DNA of 64,000 nt, taken from assembly GCA_051294375.1 (NCBI GenBank), contig CM119266.1:6093431-6157430 (forward strand), given 5' to 3'. Under the pieces are notes generated by a model, which did not search any database, had not been told where the DNA came from, and saw only the letters and a list, made by a program, of their open reading frames with translations. Source of the DNA: Paraspadella gotoi. Its lineage: Eukaryota; Animalia; Chaetognatha. Made by a program: the position numbers and the translations under genes. Shown here one piece after another: positions 48,706-64,000 of the stretch; the first letter of the stretch is position 1; each line of letters begins with the position of its first letter.

Positions 48706-51700
48706 ATGGCCGGCGCGAAACCGCTGAGGTAGCTGGGAAATGTTCTTTATTTACTGTTTTTTCTGTAATGTAATGTTTGATGAATAATATAATATTAATC
48801 GTTTATACTTGAAATTTTAAATAAAAACGTGGCTTAGATTGAAACAAAGTAATTATTGCGTCTTTTTCAGATCCCGTCGATCGGCCGGCGCGTCGGCGTC
48901 GGGCGCGTGGGCGCGAAAGAGTCTGATGCGCGGCGACGGCGGCGGCGGGGGCGTCTCCAGCGGCGGCATCGGGCAGCCCTCTGTCTACCACGCCCTCGTC
49001 GTTATCTTTCTCGAGTTCTTCGCCTGGGGGCTTCTCACCAATCCCATGATCACCGTCCTCGCCCAGACTTTCCCCAATCACACATTCCTTATGAACGGTG
49101 AGTCTCGATAATTTACCATTCGCACTCCATAAATGCTTATAGATAATATATGAATTCCGAGGTATTAATAATAAGAATAATAATTAATATATTTAGTCCT
49201 AAATTCTAAATGGCATAATCAGCATGTCTATGCTTTCTTATTCTTTTTTGTAATAGCAAGGAAATTTTTCCCCTATTGTAAGCCTAATTTACAGCATTTT
49301 TTTTTTTATTAAAATACAGGATTAATAAACGGTATCAAGGGCATTCTCTCCTTCCTCTCTGCGCCCCTCATCGGCGCCCTCTCCGACGTCTGGGGGCGAA
49401 AGTCTTTCCTCTTCGTCACAGTCTTCTTCACCTGCGCCCCAATTCCATTGCTAAGGTGGGGAATCTTGTTTTAATGATGGGTTTATGTTTAAAATAAAAC
49501 GTTTAATGAACGATTGAACGTTTTAAATTAATTTATTAACAAATTTGTAACTCAGAAAGTCGCTTATTTTCAAAATATCTCAACTCTCCGCAAATGTTGG
49601 TCACCAAACCTGCAAACCTTTTCGGCACCCTTCCTCTTAAACAATTTACTGGCTGGAAATGTCAAATATTAAACAACATAAACACTTTGTGGTACTTATG
49701 ATATTTTCTTTTCCTCCGTTCAGAATAAGTCCCTGGTGGTGCTTCGCTGTGATCTCAATGTCGGGGATTTTCGCCGTCACCTTCTCCGTCGTCTTCGCCT
49801 ACGTGGCGGACGTGACGACCCAGGACGAACGCAGCGCCGCCTACGGCCTCGTTTCCGGCACCTTCGCCGCCTCCCTCGTTACCTCGCCCGCTATCGGTGA
49901 GTATTGTGATCATTACATTTAAAAGACGTTGAGCTGTCTCTGACTCTGTGTCTCATCTCTCTCTCTCTCCCACGCTCTCTCAACTCCACAGGAGCCTACC
50001 TTCAGCAAACCTACTCTGATTCGTTTGTAATTCTTCTGGCGACGCTGATCGCTTTCCTCGACGTTCTCTTCATCATCGTCTGCGTTCCGAGTCTCTTCCC
50101 GACAAATGAATCTCCAAGCAGGTCGGGGGTTTTGTTGTTGCTGCCATTTGCCATTGCCGTCGTCGTCTTTTTTATTTTTCCGTCAGCCACTTGTCGAAAA
50201 AAAAATAATTTTACAGTTAATAAACTAGACTGTTAGTCTTGACTGAAAGCTTGCGGGGTCCTGCAATTTTATTATCTTGTAAAAGGGATGAACAAAGTCA
50301 TGGGTAGGATAGCATGTTTTTTGAATTAATGGATAATTTTTACATAGTTTTATACAATTTCATGAAACTTTTACATTACTCATCAGGCGAATGTCTTCAC
50401 ATGGGAAACTGCGGATCCATTTTCGTCCCTACGTAGAATGGGTCACGACTTCACGATTCTTATGCTCTGCGCCACCGTTTTTCTTTCCTATCTCCCCGAG
50501 GTAAGATCATTATTAGTCAATTGATAATGATAATGAATCTAAAGAAATGCGTTTATAATTTCTTGTCAGTGAATATCGAGATTACAATTTAAATTAAAAG
50601 ATCTGGTCCCTTCATTTCTCCAATCAGGCGGGACAGTATTCAGCGTTTTTCGTTTACCTTCGCCTGGTGATGGGATTCACGGAGCAGGCGACGGCCATGT
50701 TCATCGCGGTGGTGGGGCTTCTCTCGGTCGTGGCTCAGACGGCGGGGCTCACGATTCTGATGAAGACGGTGGGGAACAAGAACACCATCGTCATCGGCCT
50801 CGGTTAGCGTCGCCGCGGGATGATTTAATCTTCCATCCTGTATCATTCCTTTATTAAACCTAAATTCCCCCCCCCCAACCCCCTCCGACCAGTCTGCGAG
50901 ATGATCCAGCTGGCTTGGTACGGCCTCGGCTCCCAGCATTGGATGATGTGGGCGGCGGGCGTGGTGGCCGCGGCCTCCTCCATCAACTACCCCGCCATCT
51001 CCGCCTTCGTATCGAACCACGCCGACGCCAACCAGCAGGGTGTGGTGCAGGGAATGGTGACCGGCATCCGCGGATTGTGCAACGGGCTCGGACCCGCCCT
51101 CTACGGTTGCATCTTCTACTTGTTCCACGTTGATCTCAACATCCCGCTTGAGAATTATTCTGGAACGCCGCGAGCGACGCTCCTTCCGGGGAACGTCTCC
51201 ACTCCCGGTGGGTTGAGGGCGTCGAAAGCGGGGTTGGCGGATTCACCTTCGTAATTTAATTGATCATTAATGATGAATTTATTTTTGATGATGTTAAATC
51301 TTTATCACTTGTGTTAAATATTTTGATTCTGATGCTTATGAGGCTAAAGTTTTGTTCACGTAAATTGATTGTAGACTTCTAACGTCATACATATAACTCC
51401 GTTTAGAGAATTTCACCGCTAAATAATCAATTGGCTACATTATTAACAGTCGCGCAAACGCCTCCGACGCAAGCGGTGATCCCGGGACCTCCCTTCGTCT
51501 TCGGATCCGTTTTGGTAAGCCGATTTATTTCATCGTCTCGATCATTCGTCAATCCTGTATCTCCCCCCTCCCGCTGACAATGTCTACTTTTTCTTTTCGT
51601 CCCGTAAGGTGATTCTTGCCCTCTTGGTTGCTCTCTTCATTCCCGAGTCGCCCAAGAATTACACGTCGCCGGGAGGAAGCCGGAAGTCCTCCAAGGAGGC

Positions 51701-52498
51701 CGAGAGATCCCCGGAGAGGGACCCTCTTCCGGACCGGGGTTCCTTCCCGGTCCCCCAGGGTACGCGGGCAAGTAACACCCCCCTTCCTTTTAACTGATTT
51801 GAATTTGTTGATTGAGAAAAGTTTTATTTGCTTTAAGTTTAAACCAAAAATGCAAATAGTACTTTTCAAAAACAAACTTGAGGAAACTAAGTAAATCCAA
51901 GTGTTACGTGTATGATATGTCGGGTTGTGCAATTTATTACCAAAAGTAATATCATCGGTCTTAGATCTTTAAATGAAATATATTTTCCCTATCTGTTTTT
52001 TTCCAATCTTTTATATAGATTAATCTTATGCCTTTAACCTTCCCCGATCTATGAATTACCGCACTTAATAATATCTTATTTACATAATAAAGATTCAAAC
52101 CGAATTGATTTGATTTTCTTTTCTCAAATATTTTTGAAAGAATTAGAAATTTTATGAAATAAAACCTAAAATGTCTAATGTCTAATGTGCGATGTGATAA
52201 TTAATAATTGACGGAGCTTTATTTTCGAAGATAAGTGGATTCAATAGGCAACAATATCTAAAGTAATGATCTAATCTAATCTAATCTAAAGTAACGATCC
52301 TCATCGTTTCTCCTTTCAGGTTCCATGACTTACAAAGTCGGCGGAACGGGATCCAGACCTAAGACGGGCGCCATGGCCGCCGCCGGGCTGAGCGGCGATG
52401 CGGCGGCGTCGTCGGCGTCGGCGGCGCTGCTGATCGACGCCGGCAGCGGCAGCGAAGCTGAACCCACGGAGACTCTTCTCGTCAAAGCCAAAAACTGA
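48706..52498 (+). CDS. MFSD14: MFS transporter MFSD14 (HIAT1, hippocampus abundant transcript) family, 11 exons
   Basis: Translates to GIGQPSVYHALVVIFLEFFAWGLLT, GIKGILSFLSAPLIGALSDVWGRKSF, FAVTFSVVFAYVADVT, WETADPF, LSYLPEAGQYS, QQGVVQGMVTGIRGLCNGLGPALYG and IPGPPFVFG. Apparent frameshift near 50088. Confidence 0.93.
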
Positions 52499-52851
52499 AT
52501 CGCGCCTCATTTGGTCGCGTTCGTCGCGTCGATCTCGCGACGAACCTGCGCTTCAACTTATGAACTAGATCTAATTCCTTTATCTATCCCTACCGATACA
52601 CGAAGATATGGGACAACACTCGCCTCTAAATAATAGTAATAACTCGCAACGCCTCTCACTCTCTCTCCCTCTCTTTCTTTGGGCCCTTTCTTCGTACCCT
52701 CTCTCTCTCTTCTCTCCTCTCTCTTTTCTCTCTCTATCCGTATCCACGCTGTGCTACTCGAAAATATAAAGGAGTTTTCTTCTAATATCTTCGCTTTACA
52801 TTTTTCACATCACTCCAGTAGCTCTTTCCCCAAAACTATTTTTCTCTTCTC

Positions 52852-52909
<58 letters not shown>

Positions 52910-55018
52910 CTCTGAGAATTCGATTTAATTTCCTCTTTGCACAGATTCCCCTCCTTTCTACCCCGTCACATTTGCCGTTATCGCCGATATTAATTAATTA
53001 TTAATTAATTATTATTTGTAATGTGCCGATTTGTTATATTGAAAAAATAAACAGTGTCCTCCGCTTCTATTTTGTCCCCGCGAAGACAGATACAAACACG
53101 ATACATTAAAATTACTCTTGGGGTTATAATTATTTCTAACGAAAAATTGGGGAAAAAGTTGATTTTTCAAGTTATGTATTTCAACCGCTGTTTTTGACTA
53201 GTTATATTTATTCAATTTATTCAAAGTACAATGTTTTTCACTTAAAAGCGTGCAAAATAATCTAATAATCTATCAAGCCTCGAAATTAGTTTAAAATTTA
53301 AATGATACTTCCTTCAGATAATGGTTACGCCAAAAACATTGTTTTAATAACTTTTCTTAGATCTGACCCCACACAACAACCGCTGTAAATTTTGAATTAC
53401 GATTCAATTTTTTTTTTCGTGAAGTAACTGTCTTTCGCCGTAGCAAGCTTTTTCAAAAACTCCAAATGTCTACAACGACAAATGGGTTTTAAAACTGTAG
53501 CCACAGAAATAACTAAAATTCGGCTTGTTATATCCGTTACTTTGATTCGCTAATGTCATTTTCAATTTTCCCATTTTCAAACCGAAATGTGATTTTTGTG
53601 AATTATTTGGTCCATTACAACCGATGGCAGGATTAACAATTACAACCGATGTTATTATTATTTACTTGGCTAACTATGTACCTAGCTGCTAGAATTAACT
53701 AGAAGTTATCTCGCTTAAATTACGTAGTAGGTACGAGGTGTTCTGGATACATTTTTGTAGTTTGGACAAGATGAATTTTTCTATCGTCTGTTTCTTGGTA
53801 ACGTAGAGCCCTCGTCAGTTTGACTGACAGTTTGACGCAATATGGGTTAACAACTTGCTTCACGTTAACAAATGACTAATTATACGGAAACGAAATTGAT
53901 TATAAAATATTTTCGAGTTATAGAAATTGTCAGGGACTCCTACCTCCAACCGACTATAAAAATATTCCTTTCCAATAGTCCATTCAAAAGCTGACCCAAT
54001 CAATAAATATTTTTGAAGCTTAAGGAGCTTATCGTACAAAAGGAAATTGCTCTACTTACCCTCTCCACAACCTACCCGAATTCGACTCGTCATCCCGCTG
54101 CGATTTCGACCACAACCCCTGGAAAGTTATCTCGTTCATCCCGAGTTACCCGGACCTTTTTTCTCCTTTTCTAATTTCTTCAAAACATTGTTTTTATTTT
54201 CTCAAATTTTAATGTCATTTTTTTCGATCTCGATTTTATGTTAAATTCTTCGTCGCTCATTACGCTTCCTCGGTTCTTATATTTCAATTTTCAATCAGTT
54301 TCTTTCTTAGTTTGTCCTTCAATATTCATAATTTCTAATGTTTAAATCTTAACTGTCGGTATTCTATTTATTCAGCAATATTGCTATTACTAGTTGCATT
54401 AAAATTTTTACTGGAATTTATATTAAGCGCAGACGATTGGGGGAACTTCCAGACGGCTCGCAATGCTCCGGTCTTCATCACTTTAATTATAATAATTATA
54501 CTCCAGTTTTACACTTTTAAAACGAGCCATAATTCGATTATGCGTAAGTAATATTCCTTAGAGGTCAGCCTAATGTAGAACCGTTCTGAAATTCCAACGC
54601 AAGGCCGATTTAATTCGTTTACATTTGATTATTTTTAAACAAATGTTTAAATGTACACAAGCATTTGCAAACAAAAAATGTTCGCACAAATGATTCTACC
54701 AATGTTTGCTTCGTTTTGATTATCTAGCATTTTTGTTTACTTAAAAAATTAATGTTACCAATATTTTCTTTATCTTTCTTTCTCTTTCCCTGCCCGACAT
54801 CACGACTCTTTCTCTCTTTCTCTCTTCCTCTTCTTCTTCCCTTCGATCTGCTCTTCCTCCTCCTTTTTTTCCGCTTCGATCTCTCTCTCTCTCTCCTTTC
54901 ACTCCCTTTCTCTCTCTCTCCATCTCTCGATCTTCTCTCTCTCTCTTTCTCTCCGTCTCGCTCTCTCTCTCGCGACTCCCGCAAAAAAAAAAGGAGAGAT
55001 CTTCCCTTTTTCGGTAAC

Positions 55019-61621
<6,603 letters not shown>

Positions 61622-62411
61622 GTTTGGGTCAATGATTTGGCGGGAAAGATTTGTTTTGTGAATGATTTTGGTGAACGATTTGTTTTGTGAATGATTTTGG
61701 CGAACGATTTGTTTTGTGAATGATTTTGGTGAACGAATAGTATTGATAGAGATTCAATTGATGAATGATTTTTTTTTTAGTGAAATTAATTTAGTTATCA
61801 TTGAATGATTTGGGTTTTTTTAATGATTCAATTTTTGAATGATTCACGGAATTAATTATTTGATTTGTAAATGACTGAATGATTCGTTTTAAAAATAATA
61901 ATTTAGAAAACGAATCGCGATTCATTTAGCGAATTTCGATTTACTGAACGATTTGTTTTCTGAACGATTCACTTAGTAGACGTTTCGATTAGTGAATAAG
62001 GCACTGACTTAACAATTCGTTTTATGAATGATTCATTCGGTGAAAAAATCTAGTAATCCTTATTTATATTTTCTTTTAACCCGAATTATTCAGTAATCTA
62101 TTGATTAATTTGATATCAGAAGTTAACGAAAGCGAACATAAATTGAGTTTACCTCAATAAATGATAATCATTATAATATACAAATATGTATATATATATA
62201 TAATTTCTATAATATGAAGCATAAATCGTAAAACCGCGAATGATGACAATAATAGTTCATCGCTTATTTCTTTTCTCCCAAATTTTGATTGACTCGTTTT
62301 TTGAGTGTAAGGTTATTATCCTCATTGTTTTTGGTATTTATATTTATTGTTTTCCTTTTAACCTTCTTTTTTTCCCGTCTGCTTCATCATTCTTTCATAT
62401 TCTTATCGTCG

Positions 62412-62490
<79 letters not shown>

Positions 62491-62694
62491 CTTATCCTTT
62501 TCGTTCATTTAAAGGTTATTTTTGAATTTTTGGTTTGAAATTTTAAAGAAAAGAAATTGACGAAAATATTCAGGAATTGTAGTTTTAAATTTGATTATTT
62601 GTTTTTAAAGTTTATGAAAGTTGAAATTGTAAAAAAATTCGGGCGGACGCACAAGCTCGTTTAATTTTAGGAGTCTTAGTTATTTTTCTTTCTT

Positions 62695-62782
<88 letters not shown>

Positions 62783-63863
62783 TCTCTTCTCTCCTCTCTC
62801 TCTCTCTCTCTGTTTCGGAAGAATGAATGTATAACCGAGTTTATTAACTATTCACTATTGCAGTTAAACGGGGAGTGAATTGCTTCGTCAAGGGTCAAGC
62901 CAAGAAATTTGCAAAAGGGAACTGGGAGGAAGAGGAGCGAAGAGGCTCAGGTCTGACCCCAAATCGGCCGGGCGTTGTCTTCGATATAACCGGATCGGAA
63001 AAAATAAAACTTCTGACCAAGAATAAATGTATTTATCGAATCAAAAGCTCAGACCGTCGTTGTCGTCGTCGTCGTCGTCAAAAGGAACATTGAGATTAAC
63101 TTATCGATTCGAGATTCGATTTTAACAATAAATTCTCGCTCAAAGATTTATCAGTTTATTGTAAGACGGCGCGACGGTTTTTTTTATGTCGGCGTTTAGA
63201 ATTTCGATATATATATTAATTATAAAACACGTCGTTTCTTCGATGTATATCTTTATCGATTATCGGACACATCATCTTGGACAACGAAACTCAATTATTT
63301 TTTAATTCACATCTATAACTTGAACTAGTTATAAATTTGGTAAAAAGATATTCATTTCCTTTTTTGTACTTGAGTATCGTTCTGTAAGTTGGACTAGTTT
63401 TTAATCAAATTTATAAATTCAAAACATTTAATGGCATAAAATTTATTCATACATCATCGTCTTTCAATGGGATTTTCTTATCGTTCAACCATCATAACGT
63501 CAGAGCTTTTTTAAATTTTTTACTCACCCATTACATTTAATAGGACGATTCTATTTTGAACCCAAAACCGAAATCCGTTGGGTGACGAAACTAAATTTGT
63601 ATTAGACCCGCGACGGTCACCCCCTCCACCCCTCGCCCCCTCTTACGGTCGCCCTTAAATCCATAAAGCTTTTTTAAATCCTTTGAAACTCAATAGAATC
63701 CAATATTCAAAACCTTTTTTTCTTTCCAAATTGCGTTAAAAAAGAAAAAGAGAAAAAGGCGCTAAATCTTTTTGAAAAAAAAAGTCTTCAGGTTTAAATC
63801 CAGATCTCTTGAAAGCAAAAATTCACCAACACGAATTTTTGTGATAAAAATTGCTCGATATAA

Positions 63864-63931
<68 letters not shown>

Positions 63932-64000
63932 CTCTCCTTCTCCTCAATCCTTCCCCCTCTTTGATATGGTCAAATTCCCAGTTTCTTCACTTCAAGCTTT

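Overview
AT-rich, intron-rich animal genomic DNA with GC-rich exons, many (GA/TC)n microsatellites, two N gaps and some apparent 1-nt indel errors. Genes reconstructed by hand: a ~48-exon rootletin/CROCC gene (+, 10410-34385), a TNF-superfamily ligand (+), a small CBM14 chitin-binding protein with a GPI-like tail (-), ZNRF1/2 (-), MFSD14/HIAT1 (+) and the start of an unidentified Pro/Glu-rich gene (+). Main discovery: two unrelated ~220-260 bp repeat families behave as LTRs (4-bp TSDs; one copy has a PPT and an internal remnant). Both carry a circularly permuted (type P5) twister-ribozyme fold with covarying pseudoknot pairs, suggesting twister-bearing LTR retroelements. Also present: Penelope-type minimal hammerhead motifs, an LTR fused to 46 nt of mature tRNA-Leu ending near position 37, and complementary G-rich/C-rich intron ends paired with weak splice signals. 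All alignments and folds were done by eye; nothing was searched or computed.
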